Assembly: GCA_951406725.2 (NCBI GenBank)
Contig: OX597815.1
Location: forward strand, 149,172,001-149,236,000
DNA: 64,000 nt
Direction of reading: 5' to 3'
From: Octopus vulgaris
Taxonomy: Eukaryota
The position numbers were made by a program, and so were the translations under genes. Below are positions 43,741 to 58,300 of this stretch, in pieces. The notes under the pieces are model-generated. The model was not told the DNA's origin. It did not search any database and saw nothing but the letters and a program-made list of their open reading frames with translations. Each line of letters begins with the position of its first letter. Position 1 is the stretch's first letter.

Positions 43741-43806
<66 letters not shown>

Positions 43807-45299
43807 TAATAACAATAATAATAATATTTCTGATTATCTGAAGCTCAAAATTATCTGCTTTCTTTGCTGGTGTATAAGGAACGATTTACACAAAGGCTAA
43901 ACATCAAGAGAGAGGCATTGCTTCAGATGAGCCAAGAATTATGGTGTGAGTTTAGATGAGGATCTCCTTCAATTATTGCAACTAAGTGTCAGGGCTAGTG
44001 ATTAAACATTTTTCCCGATAATATTTCATACATCAATAATTCCTTCGGTGTGCGGCTGATATCTTGGACGAGGAATAATGTGAAACTAACGTTGATTCGA
44101 GTATTTATGTAACTATGCATAAGTTTATATCAAGTTTAAGTGATAAAGTAAGAAAAAAAACTATATGACCACATATACTTTATATTCATGTACATCATAC
44201 TTATGCTTTTCTCGACTTAAATAACGAAATTTAGTAAATCCTCTGAGGAACAGCATATGTAGACTCTCGTAAAGTAATTCGAAAAAAATAAAGCGAGGAA
44301 AAGGAAAACATCGTAGAAAATTGACGTCTCAGTAATGGAATACGTGCAGAGAATGAAAAGATCGCAATGAAAGTTGGGATTAAACACAGAAAGAAATGGG
44401 AAACTAAACCGGAATTATTCATATAGTAATATTTCCAACTTAATTCAATATTTAATAGTTTCTAAGTAGTAGAAACTTAACTATGTATGTTTTCTTCATT
44501 TTCTAAAATCGTGTACTAGAATATCAATATCTTGGCTAAGTTAGGGAAAAAGTGATTTTAGCTAAATATGACAAGTTATTTGACTTGACAGTCGTATATT
44601 TATCTGTCAGAAAACGCCAACAAAATGTCGGGAAATTTCTCAGTCGCATAAGTATACATCTTGTGTATGAAATTTGTAATACGAAATAAAATCCCTGACT
44701 ACTATAGCAAACTTTACATATTTCCAATGAACACGTTCAAATATGTATACAACGACATCTTCTTCAAATTGCAGTCATGGTAACAATAATACCGCAACAT
44801 ATAGTATTACATTCTACTTCAATGAATTAAAACACGATGTATCATATTTTTTTCAACGTGCATGTAATAATAATTAATTTATGAACAGAATCTATATTCA
44901 ATATAATACTACTACCATTTCCTCAATCTGCTTATCATGTGCATGGCGATTCTAATTCATACCTTAAATAAGTCGTACTTTTACTGCAAAGAATGTATAA
45001 TGTTGTATATCCTTTTTACATTTTTCATGTAAGCAGTAGATCATATAACTTGAATTCAAATCTTCGCTGATGACGTGATAATTATATATAGATATAACAG
45101 AGAGTATCAGCGGTAATTATATACAGTGACGAAATATAATTCATTATCTAAAGTACATACAGCTTTCTTTCGTCATAGGAATATTTTCGTGGTGAGCATT
45201 AAAATAATCTCCACCTTAAATATGCACATATTGAATTAAATTTCTAAACATCTATGTCACCATAGACAGACATTTGATAAATCTCTCACTCTACCCGTC

Positions 45300-45642
<343 letters not shown>

Positions 45643-45890
45643 CTCCCTACCAAGAATTCACAACGACCGCGAACTCACAAGATTAAACAAGGGAGACAGA
45701 GACAGGCAGAAACAGGGAAAATGCCCCTTGTATTTGAATACTATGAAAATATTTTTTTAAAAACTTTTCTTTTAATTTTCCCCAATTTATTTGTTTTCCA
45801 TATTTAAAGTTGAAAAACTCTCAATGACTGAAACCGGTACTGAAATGTTATTTATAAAATTATTTTATCATCTTCTACCTTGACTTTTTC

Positions 45891-45944
<54 letters not shown>

Positions 45945-45948
<4 letters not shown>

Positions 45949-46013
45949 AGAATTCACAAAAAAAAAGACGAAAGCAGGTGGAGTAGACAACAAACAGAAG
46001 TATTAGTACAACG

Positions 46014-46014
<1 letters not shown>
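45945..46014 (-). mobile_element. Short PLE-like terminal fragment in (TA)n
   Basis: Reverse complement of about 15525-15596. Confidence 0.6.
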
Positions 46015-46053
<39 letters not shown>

Positions 46054-46070
46054 ATCTATCTATCTATCTA

Positions 46071-46109
<39 letters not shown>

Positions 46110-47270
46110 CATTAGTAAGATCAAATAAATTAGTAGGGCATACAGTTGGTTATCTTGAATCACAGACAAGGCTTTTGTAGATAAGATGAATTATGATAAT
46201 CGATCAATAAAATTAATGAATCGATTTATTCCATGCACTTTGCCGCATATCGAATTAGCTAGAAATGTCGGTGTTCCTCACTATAAAACTACATAATATA
46301 GGTAGAAACGCTGCTAATTACGCCAAATGAATATGAGATTGAATGAAATGAAGTAGGTAGTTAGGTAATACACATATTTCAAAAATCTCACCCAAAGAAA
46401 ACTTCGTAAGTTCAAGGTGCTGCATAGATGTTCAGTATTTCTTTTCTTCGGTTGTTTCTGTACCTTTTCGCTTACAACATCATTGTCGCAGAAAATTCCC
46501 AAAGAGAAATTGGAAAAGCAACAAGTAGACAAGTATTCCAAGGGAAACAACTCTGAGTATTTATTGAACACCTTAAAGTTACGTTCGGCGAATCTTTTGT
46601 AAAATGTGTAGCACGTAACTTCCTCTCCTTTCCCTTCAAATATACACACACAACAAGCATATTTATGGTGTCTATATCTAATTAGATAGATTAATAGATG
46701 AATGTATATGCATGCTTACTTCCACACAACACATATGTATGTGTATGTACGTGTATGCCTGTGTGTCTTACTTTCATTGAGTGTTGATAACAGTAGAATT
46801 TTATATGTGAAGCAACATTTCGGCATAATCTGTTTTATTCAAATCCACGGGCTGTAACTTTTAAGGGTTTTAATAACTCTCAATAACAACAGAAAAATAA
46901 CAAATTGCACAGCAAAGTTTTGAAACTAAACAATAACAGTGAGATAATGTCCTAGATTTTATATAACATCGAATGAAATAGAAACGGGAAAATATCTGAT
47001 ATCCATGCTTCGTATGTTGATTTTAGAAAGAGAAAGTTCGAGAACGTCTCATTGTAGGTTTATGTCAACCTTTTGATTGTAGAAATCCAAGCAATGATCA
47101 TCGACGAACCACCAATATACCACCTCGCCCTCAAATTACGCGAGGCAGTCAGGTGGAGTACTGAGAGTGGTTGGCCTCACTATTATCAAGAATATCTTCT
47201 GCTGAAGTCATATACTTGTATCTGTAGCATAGCTTTAACTGCGCAACAACTGCGCAACAACCAATATCTC

Positions 47271-47761
47271 CATTATTTACATTTTTTACATTCGTCGGAT
47301 ATTTGTCCTCATCTTGTTTGTTGTTAACACAACGTTTAGGTTGATATACCCTCGAGCCTTCTTCAGGTGTATCGGGGAAATTTCGAACCGGGGTTCTCAT
47401 TCCTAAGGTATTTTTGGATGTTATTATATGTGCTGCTTCTTCTAGTTTTCGTTTTTTCCTGTGGCGTTCCCACGGGCGAAGTGTTTAAGAGCGCGGGCTA
47501 CTAACCCCAATATTCTGAGTTCGATTCCAAGCAGTGACCTGAACAACAACAACAACAACAACCAAAATAATAATAACATTGAACAATCCCTTAGGAATTA
47601 GAACCCAGTTTCGAAATTTCCCTGAAGAATGCTGGAGGGTATATCAGCCGAAAAATTGTGTTAAACAACAAAGAAGATAAGAACAAAATATCCGTCGAAT
47701 ATAAATAATGTAAATAATGTAAATAAAGTATATAATGCCTCATCTCTTAAGTATAGAACTG
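47271..47761 (+). mobile_element. tRNA-headed SINE with hammerhead-type tail plus upstream inverted partial copy, 12-bp TSD
   Basis: Head 47462-47540 (A-box-like GGCGAAGTGTTTAAG, B box GTTCGATTCC); tail 47570-47761; inverted tail copy 47271-47427; TSD AACCAATATCTC at 47259-47270 and 47762-47773. Confidence 0.85.
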
Positions 47762-49022
47762 AACCAATATCTCGTCTTGTTATAGTCAGAAAATATTTCA
47801 ACTTCAACAGCCAATAACAATCACCAAGGCACAAGTGAGAGCCACAGTTGTGTCCTTCAACAAGATCTGTAACGTTGCCTTAGTCGCATATACTGACACA
47901 TCGGACCGCCTTCAGAAAGGGCCCCTCAGCTTATTGACATTCATTGCTACAATGTCTTTTCTCTCTTTAACATCACAACTACAATATTATTTTATTCTCA
48001 TATTTCGCCGGTATAGTACTTCCATTATTGCAGCCCTTCATTTCTACTCAGTTTTGGTGCACCCCACCTTTCTCTGAATCGAAAGAAAAAAAGCAAGCTA
48101 AATCCTTTATCCCTCTCATCATTGTCTATCTGGAATTTTCTTATGTTTAACATCCAGGTCGTTTTTATAGTTTACACATGATATTACATATAATAATAAA
48201 ACACCGATCTTGCCAGTCTCTCATGGACTGAGCCTCACTAAATTCAGTCTGTTCAAAATATGTCATCGTCCAAATTTTTTATTGTTAATATTGTCCACCT
48301 AATTTCAGTTGTTGTTCCTTGATGCCCCACAATGCTATCTCTGTTGCCCTATTTCAAGTACAGATACACACCACACATCCATGAACTTAATATATAGATA
48401 CTGCACGGTTCATACTGATACGTAACGGCAATGAACTAATATGCAGGCATTGATTCAAGTTTTGACTTAGAAAGGAATTAGTTACAGAAAAATAGCTACA
48501 TTACCTCAGGGTCAGAGTAACTGCAATAACAAAATTGCTTTTTTAAACCATTCTCATTGGATTTCTTATGAACTCTGCAACTGTTCCTCATTCATATTAA
48601 CAGTGACGTTTGTTAAAGCTTATAATTTCAAACTCAATCATTTCACTGCAATAAATGCATGTGTGGCACCAGATAGGTCTTTCGTTATACACTTGTCATT
48701 TAATCAATATATTTTTCATTAGATTTCCAGTGGTAGAATTATTGAAAAAATGAAAAAGAGGAAAATCAAAATGAAACAAAATATAAACAAACTACGAGGA
48801 GCAATATCATTCTCATTGTTTTGCCTACGTTGTTTTATTTTAGTTGGGAACTCTGTAGATTCTTGAAACAATAATAAACAGCGTACAAGCTACAAAATGT
48901 TATATAAAATATGAGAAAAATATTCGTATACAATATGTACAAGTACAAACATTCTCGCACACATACATACGTTATTAGTTTGGCAAACATACACACACAT
49001 ATGAATTTATATGAGAGGGTAC

Positions 49023-49075
<53 letters not shown>

Positions 49076-49249
49076 GATGTATGCATGTATGAATATATAT
49101 ATATATATATATATATATAACAATTCCTTGGGAGAGAATGGAAAAAATAAAATGCCGTCACAGAAAATAGCAATAAATCAAGTGAAAAAGACAGTAATGA
49201 AGGCTAACAGTCCATGCACAATAGGCATGAAAATGTATCCCTGAGAGGC

Positions 49250-50050
49250 CCTTTAATAGAAGAATTAGGGTATTGGCTCTCATTAGTACTTTTGGTCCTG
49301 TTTCGACCAGTACGGAGTTTTTGAAGACTGTTGTGTTCTGACAGTTTAACAACCAGCATTCGTTGTTTATTCCACACGTCGATAATTCCCAGCATGGCTA
49401 ATATTTCTGAAAGCTATGAGTACTTCGATGAATTTCTTTCGTTTTATATACTTCTTGAAATGTGAAAGAGAGATTAAATTGAAGAACGTGGTGAAAGCTT
49501 TTCGGCAGATAGTGGATAACCTTTCTTTTTGCTATCAAAGCAGCTGGTTGACCCCGAAAATTTAGTGAGTAGAACATCGGACAATCAAGGTATTGAAAGC
49601 ATGGAAATTGGGTGGTGGTGTATTTCTCCAGTTGCACTCTGTGGACGCTTCCAGTGCATCGATTTTCCCGAAAATGATGGGTATGTATTATAGATGCAAT
49701 ATGTGGACATCCCATTCCTTTATACTGTTTTATATATGTTCTCTGAAATGTTAAATGCTACTAGTGAATAGTACTATGTTATCGACGGGTTCTTTTTGCT
49801 AATTGTGAAATGCGATTTGTCCAAAGTAGGTTATTGTAGGCAATAATAAATAGGTAAGGTTCATGATCAGTCTCCGTAAGAATGATGCAGAGGTGGGATA
49901 CGAACACTTCAGTATTATTCTTCCTTGTCTACAGTCATCGTGTTCCGCCGGACGTTAATAACATGTTATAATGTGAACAGGCCGGATTGTAGGCAAAGTC
50001 TATACTATACAGGGCCCGTTCTGTTGATTTGAAAGTAAGGCTTAATGACG
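49250..50050 (-). mobile_element. Possible very decayed Ty3/gypsy integrase remnant
   Basis: Motif-like pieces in the expected order on the minus strand: IDFA, DN...FTS, G..HI, PQSATGE; no long ORF. Confidence 0.3.
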
Positions 50051-50574
50051 TTTAGGTATTTTAAATTCGTACCATATTTCATGCTGGTATTTAATTATTT
50101 ATTGGATGTACAACAACAGAAGAGCCATGACTAATGATTACTGAATACTAAGTAGAAATCCATAGGTTGCACAACGTTGATTTTGTACTATGATTATTTA
50201 TTTTAGGCTAAAAATGAATGACTTTCAAAAAGTTATAAAACTTAGCTCACACTCCCAGTGCATAAGACGTCTCCGAACATCTCGATATAGATAATCCATA
50301 CAAAACAACCAGGCGACACGATTTCAGTATTAATAAATTTGCTATATAGGGAGGTGGAGATCACTAATTCAACGAGTATGGTTTTCTTTGACACAGATAT
50401 CGAACATGGGTGACAAAATTTATGATAAATAAAAGGTGAATAATTGACAGTTTGTACCGTCGCTCTTTGTCAACAGGTGAAAAACCACGTGCATTTTAAA
50501 ACGCTAATTATATGTGTGTGCATATATATGTATGTATGTATGTATCTATGTATGTATCTATGTATGTATATATA

Positions 50575-50773
50575 CTCTTTTATTATTTATTTGCTTCAGT
50601 TATTTGACTGAAGCCATGCTGGAGCACCGACATTAGTCGAAGAAATCGACCTAGGTATTTATTCTTTGTAAGCCTAGTACTTATTCTATCTGTCTCTTTT
50701 CCTCATCCGCTAAGTTACACACCAAGTTCGGTTGTCATGCGATGGTGGTGAGACAAACACAGACACACAAACA
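50575..50773 (-). mobile_element. 3' half of SINE type A
   Basis: GCCATGCTGGAGCACCG, TAAGCCTAGTACTTATTCTATC, as at 4490-4700. Confidence 0.85.
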
Positions 50774-51730
50774 TCTTTATTATATAAAATCTGTTCTGTC
50801 TGTCTGCCTGTGTTTTCTCGGATCTCGGGCATCCTCCATCCGATTGCTCTCAAACTTGATATGTAGATACCGACGGTATCAGGGCGTGTATAAGTCTTGA
50901 AAAAATTACAAAATTCGATTCCAGGTGAGAATGCGATCGATAAAGCCGTTTTGTCCTGCTTTACTTCTATCAACCTGTACATAACTGCATCTTCCATTTT
51001 TTTTGGTTTTTGTACTGCTTAAATGCACGTTTCTTTCCCGCCAAGCTTACTGTTCAAACCATGTTTGTGTTCTCCCAGTCAACAGCCTCATCATTACTGG
51101 TACTTTAAACTCATCGGCTGCATATTTACTATAAAAATATACAATGTGCTAATATGTAAATGTTTTCCAATACAATGAAACTGATATAACAGTGCATCTA
51201 CAACGTTGCATGGTAAAGTGTTGTGTTGAGTTTTAAATAACATCTTCAAACGATGAGCAAAGTTGGCAGATATTTATTTACCATTTTGTGAGATATGAAC
51301 ATAAGATGAATAGCAGGAGACATAAATATGATATGAATGTTTGCAAAATTGGGGACCCAGTTATAAATAATCATTTACCTCATGGTGTGGATTAGGTGGT
51401 CGATAGAATATCAAGTATATATATTTATCATATTAAATGGAATAAATAACAACGGTAAGAAATATTGTTTGTAACAGTATCCAGCTTGTTAGCGAGACGG
51501 AAATTTGTGGCAATAGAAATGCTACATACGGTAGAATAGTACTGATACGGACTGCTTACGTGTCTAAAATGCGAAAGCCGTAATTGACTTCTCCGTAGCT
51601 TAACATTTTTATCATCATTGTTGAAAGAATTTCCAAATTATTGCAAATACTTGCGTGAATTATCTACACATTTTTTTTAAATACTTATACTTTTAACGGG
51701 CAATACCAGAAATATGCATTTGTTTCTACT
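50774..51730 (+). mobile_element. Non-autonomous Helitron-like element, copy 1 (3' end uncertain)
   Basis: Starts A|TC..TATTATATAAAAT-(CTGT)n; the first ~170 bp and 51030-51127 are homologous to 61108-62123. Confidence 0.6.
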
Positions 51731-51844
51731 AATTTCATTGAACATTAAGCATTAGTTTCTTTTCTGGTTTTTTTTTTGTCCTTGAGCAATACACTTTATT
51801 TCATGTTGCTACATTCCTCTCAGCTCGCAAAAATGAATAGTACC

Positions 51845-52006
51845 AGTATTTCAAAGGGTCAGCCCTGTCACGCTCTGTGCAGTGCTAAATCTCCCTGAGA
51901 ACTACGTTAAGGGTAGACGTGTCTGTGGTGTGCTCAGCCAGCTGCACTTCAGTTTCACTAGCAAGCTGTTCCCTTGATCGTATCAGCTGGGATTCCAGGC
52001 TGTGAC
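51845..52006 (+). mobile_element. Tail fragment of the SINE seen at 32123-32509
   Basis: GTATTTCAAAGGGTC..TACGTTAAGGGTA.ACGTGTCTGTGG.GTGCTCAGCCA matches 32331-32470. Confidence 0.8.
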
Positions 52007-52022
52007 CATAATGATGATGATG

Positions 52023-52077
<55 letters not shown>

Positions 52078-52189
52078 CAATAATAATAATAACAACAGCA
52101 ACAACAAAAACAACAACAACAACGTCAACAACAACAACAACAATACTACTACTAATAATAATAATAATAATGATAATAATAATAATAAT

Positions 52190-52310
52190 AATAACGTCAA
52201 AAAATATCCTAGCAATGAGAACCAGGTTCGAAATTTCCCCAAGACACCTGATATCAGCCGAAACAACAAACAAGATGAAGACAAATATCCGTCAAATATA
52301 AATAGTGTAT
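52190..52310 (+). mobile_element. Tail of the hammerhead-type SINE, internally deleted
   Basis: GAGAACCAGGTTCGAAATTTCCCCAAGACACCTGAT[del]ATCAGCCGAAAC[del]AACAAACAAGATGAAGACAAATATCCGTC. Confidence 0.8.
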
Positions 52311-55300
52311 AGCCAGTCAGAGTATAATGAATCTGATAACATATTCTTTAAATCTAATGTAATTTGATGCATTCATGGGGATTGTCGAATTTTACTACAG
52401 TTGTTCATGTAATGTGTAAGCAGCATTAAGAAAATCTCAATATTTTGGAGACAAATACGCTGTGTATTGTATTTTATGAAAATAAATGATTTGGATTTTG
52501 CCTTTAAGAGGAATAAAACTTTGGATTACAGAGAACTAATAAGATGGTGTGTTACAGACATTTCTCTAGGATATATATGCAATCACGTTAACCATCACAT
52601 TCAGCAAATCATTCCTGCAACCTATACATTTTCTAAGTGATATTTTTGTTTATAGTAATGTTATTACTGCAGACATAATCGCACCACTTACAAAATACTT
52701 CAGAAATTTTAGTTTTATTTCAGTAACTTCTCAATATAAGATAAATTGGTCGACATCTTAAACTTAACTTATGATAATATAGCGGATATTGCATACAGTG
52801 TTCAGTTAAAAGTATACTGGTGAAAATTGATTGTATAAAATCTTCTCACAGGGGAATATATATACTCAACGTGTGTTCATTTGAAATAATAGGAATGCGT
52901 CTCTTTCATGTGTGCGTGAGTAGTGCGATAATTTCTTATTAATATTTCAATCATATTCCGTACATCTCCTGTGTCATATTTCATCCTTTTCCCGCTTTCA
53001 CGAGTTGGTCTAACGGAGATATTTATCGTTCATCAACAGCGTTGAGCTACTGAAAGCTGAGAAAGTGTTAAGATGTCGGAACTATCTGGTGATGTTTTTC
53101 AAATGTGATGATAGATGGATATTGAATATATATCAGCGGATGATGAACGAGGATTACAAGAGAGAATATTATGTATAAGTAAGAACCAACAGAGGAATGA
53201 AAAATCTATGGAATTTTATCGACGAGACTGAAATGAAAATACGTGTCAGATATAGGATCTACTATTTGAAGAAATGTTGAAGGATGAAAGCAAAAATAAA
53301 AACAGCCAGCAATTCCTTAATCTATCTTCGTGTATCTATATGGTACGTATGTTTCCCTGACAAAATCTAATAATACTGAAACATGTCGTTCATTGCTTCT
53401 ATTAGTAGGCCTCTAAAACAAACACTACTCCGATCTGAATAGCTTACAATTATTAAATATTTTGACTCGATGATATTATTGGAATCTTCTACGTCATTGG
53501 TCTTAGAAAACAAACCTTGAGGGATGAAGATTTTGTTTATCAGTTGCCTGCATTTTATGATTACTGTTATTAAATGTGTTGTTGGTGGTGAGTTGATGGT
53601 AGTGTAATTTGTGGTGGGCGTTTTTTTTTTACTGGAGTTTAGATGACTAAGACAGAGCAATGAGCATTTGGCCATCGAGTATCACATCGATTGTTTTTCT
53701 TTCATTCCCACCATCTTGTCGTGGAGTTTGACTTCCTTCCACCAACTCTCTGGTCCTTTCTTGCCAACTCAGCTGATCATAGAATTTGCAAAATATAAGT
53801 GTTTCAGAGCTATTCTCTTGTACGTCTAGATTTGTTTTACGTTTTATGATTTGTAATTCAATAATTTTCTTTTGTTTTCGGCTCCAATGTACCACCTTCC
53901 CGTGTGATTCTTCCTTCTTTTTCCTTTTTTTTTGTTTTTGTTCTTGTGAATGTCTAATATACACAACTATTGTTTCTATTAATTTTGGTACTATTTTGTA
54001 CACTTTTGGCACTTTGCTTTTTTGGGAATTTCCGTTTAGAGATTAATTCCAGCAAGACAGATGACTTGACTACGTTTGCAATTAATTACATAAACTGCAG
54101 ATACTCTTCACGCTCATGTGGAATATTCAGGTCCTCTATAGGCACATATTCATGAATTCTTTGCAGTAAAATATGAGCATTATACTTTCCGGATTTGGAA
54201 TTGTAACGAAAAGCTTTAACAATTTTGCTATCCTCAGACCAATTTAGTCGGCGGTGTATCGTGTCCTAATTCTGTGTTCTTTGATATTTACCTCAAGTCT
54301 CATTTCGTAGGTAAGGAAACCTCGGCTCCTTTCGCATTCTGTCGGATATCAAAAACTCCTGCTAGGGGCACGTTGTAGCTGACACTCACCATCATATTTA
54401 CCACCTGCTATATTTGACATGTAATCCTCATGTGCAATATCATCCGACACCATCCATTGCAGTCCATATAGAGTTTTACCTTTAAACTGGCTGGAGTCAC
54501 TACTATGGCACTGTTTTCATTATTCACTATTACGAGCTTGGTTTCCTTTTTAGTCCACATCACCATAAATCCTCATCTTGCGATGCAAACGCTTATAGTC
54601 AATATGACGTTATATTTGTCTTTAAATGAGTGTTAAGTTCACATGTGGCGAATACAAACAAATAGAAGACATTTCGTTGCAATTATACTAGTAGTATTGC
54701 TATTGTTACTCTAGGTCAAGTTGCTAATTGTATTGTCATTGTTGTTATTATCCATCATATTGATGTTCACTTAGATAAATCTGGTGCCTGGGGAAATGTG
54801 TTTGTGACAGCGCCACTGCACTCATTGCGATGACCAATAGCTTACAATTATTAATGAGAATTGTGACAATGATGGCCTTTCCGTCATTTACACGTTCTCT
54901 GGGGCTACTGAGGCTGATAAAGCGGACATTTCAGTGAACTTCTAAAAATTTTAATCACTGTGTTCATTGGTTGTGAAGGGGCAATACGCTTTTCATATAA
55001 TAATCCAGAATCCTACTCACACAGAGATGCATAACTTTTCAAATATTTATTATGGCTTTCACAATTATCCAGGCGAGAATATTCATAAAACTAAGCAGCA
55101 ATGCATTTTATATTTTTGTAATCGGCATACATATATTTCGCTTTCTATCTTTCAAACTGCTTCCTTCATATTCTATCACTAATCACTGTAGGATGCCATT
55201 TACATTAAAACACACATGTGTACGATTTCAGATCTCAACTTTACTGAAGTATGTAATGTTCTATGATGGTGACAATGATACATTTCGATGTCATTGGCAT

Positions 55301-58300
55301 GGAACTCTGAATTGAATTGGTTTACATATTTATATATCATCTATAGCAATAACTTATTGTATATTAGAATACAATTTTCCATTCGAAGTTTCTGTGAAAA
55401 ATCAAATATAGGACTTCAGTTAAGTGATAAGTTATTTTCAATAAGAAACAAAAAAAAAACAATACTCTATATGTAACCCAATATTTTATTTTGATTTGCA
55501 TTTTTCCAGCTTTGTATCAAATGTGTGTATCATACCAACGTAATCTTTAGCATTTTCAGTAGATGTTGTTAATTTTTACTCTACGTAATGTAGAAACACA
55601 ATCCAATGTACACTACAAAAGATGAATTTATTTGTTTAATTCAGTCTCATCGTACTTGGAGTAACATTATGGAATACATTGTACATTTATCTGCTGGACA
55701 GAAATGTGCGAGTTGTGCAGCAATTAATCTTTGCTCTGGCAAGTTCTTTTATGCGAAAACAGTTACATATATTGATTTCTGTCTAGATAAGAAGTGTGAA
55801 TGTGTTGTCATTAAAACACAGATATACTCCAGCAATCCTTCAATAATCAGTTGTGCGATTCTTGTTCAGTTAATTCGTATGTAAAACTTAATTGTATATG
55901 AATTACAGATGCACGTAATGCATTCAAGTGATTAATTAAGTAACAATAACATTAAATCAACTGCAGAATGCTAAATACTTTTCGAAATATTATATAAATT
56001 AATCGTAGTTATTTAATACACACATACATCAAAAATCCTAAACAATATATTGATCCTCTCGTATCATGCAACTGAAAGATGAATTAATGTTTAAATATAA
56101 AACAATTGCTGTTCTTCATGCAAACAACAGCATCTAATAGGAAAGTAGTAATATGAGTAGGATGCCAACTTTATAAATTTAGAGTGTTATATTAAAGTTT
56201 TATATAATAGATTAGATTATGTAAACAACTATATTGCATTTTTTCTCTATTATTCACTGAACACTATGACAAAATATTGCTTTTGAAATATTAGCATATG
56301 GTTATTAGAAAAACGAGTTATTGTATTCCAACAAATTTAGCATATTTTTTCAATATTAATCCAATATATCTATTGCAAATCGAGATATTAATTACAACCA
56401 GTTGGTATATATTTTGCCTCAAGTAATTCCATAATGCGACATATTACTAAATGCATAATAATATCGATAAATTTTGCATCAGATTTGTATATTTAGTAGT
56501 GCTGGATCTTTTTTGCTGAAGAATTTCTCTTGGCAGTCAGTATTATTCATATGGAATCTGCAGTGTAATGGCGGCGATCAAAGTATGGGAAGAATGTAAG
56601 GAAACGTTATGTAAGGAGACATTATAGACATATGTCTTCCGATTTCGTAACATCTTTTGGAAATGTAGAACCTAAAGGATATATCCTAGTCCGTCTTGGT
56701 GGATCGGTCAAAAATAACGCTATGTCATGTTACGATAGCAAGACCATATTTATTCTGCCCAGGTATATCATACTGACGTAATATAGACTAATGATAAAGC
56801 TTTTAACTTCGTCTTTATGTTGTTGTCTGATCAAGTCTTACTTTGTGCAAAACTATACAAAAATACACCCCTTTAGCCCAACTACATCATATATACACAA
56901 TCCCAGATTTCTCTCTAGCAATGATGCTGACCTACCACTATAGTTTTAGAAGTACTTTCAATTTCAATAATAAAAATATACATTCTACATGTGTCTAGAG
57001 CCCTCTTTGTTCAAGTGATATCCATAACTATTATTTGATATTCACACACACAAACAAACAAACAGCCACACATGGATATATATGTATAAATGTGTGTGTG
57101 TGTGTAATGAGGAAAATATAGTTGAAAATAAACGTTTAATTAGAAAGCTAGACGTATTCCATTGTGTACATATGTGTATTTGTGTATGTTTGCTTGTCAT
57201 TGTATCTAAATTTTTCTATTGCTCATTCGTAATTTCTTTTGATACATCCTATAATTTCTGCAAAGGCGAGCAGCTATATCATTTAACCAATACGTCTCGA
57301 ACACTACCGCCTACATATCCATTCATGAAACTACAACGATCAGCTCTCATCTCAAAATACATGTTTGTGATGTCGATCTGATCAAAGTAGAAATTACGTA
57401 AACGATAAGCAATGATTCGTTTGAACATTTTATTTATTGGCGTTATTGATAAACTTATTTGAAATATATCAAAATAAAAGGCTGAAATAAACGACGTCAG
57501 TAAAAACAAAATACATAAGACTGTCGAAATTATAACCAAGGCAACATAATCGACGAAAACTAAACTTCAATAATGGCAATAATAATAAATAATGTTTTAA
57601 TCATTAGACGCTAGATCATATATTACAACTCATTTCCTCATTTATCATCTTTTAGGAAAAGTGTGTCTACTATTAACTTTTTAATCGTTGAGTACTGAAG
57701 AAACGCGAGCTGCTAATGCACCCTATAATATTTCTTATATAGGAATATTCCATCACAACTTCAAAATATATCATCTAATAATTACGTTAATTCTTTAAGT
57801 GTGTGCTTAATGGAATTATGTTTCTTGTAGTTCATGTAATTTTCGTAACAACGTTACAATGTCCAAACTATTAGAACTAGGTTTTGCAAGCAAGCGATTA
57901 TCGAAGATTATCATCTAATACAACTTTTCTTGATGTAGATCTGTTTTCGTAGCATGTGATCAGTGTCGGAAAGGTTCGGTATATCAGCCAATATCTCATC
58001 ACATATTGTGGTAAATAATAGCCTATCAAGAAATTTAAGCAGAAAATAACAATTCATATATTAAGACGTTAAATGACTTTTATATGCGTATTTCCATATA
58101 TCAATAGTATAGCACCTGAACACATTTGAACACATTTGAATAGAAGCTACAAATATTGACGTTCTCCAACAAAGGGCTGATCAGGCTAATTTCAATTCTA
58201 TAAAAGCAACATATTGAAAATCTATAGTATTCTCGAGACTAGGCTATTTCAAACTGCACAATAGTTAAGCCCTTCTCCTTCCCGCCAATATTAAAGTAAA

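Noticed and set aside
47462-47540. tRNA gene
   Set aside because: No acceptor stem and a degenerate A box; it is a SINE head. The same applies to 15050 and 32123.
53367-54580. Minus-strand ORFs as a host gene or gag
   Set aside because: No recognisable motif, interrupted, and partly driven by A-runs.
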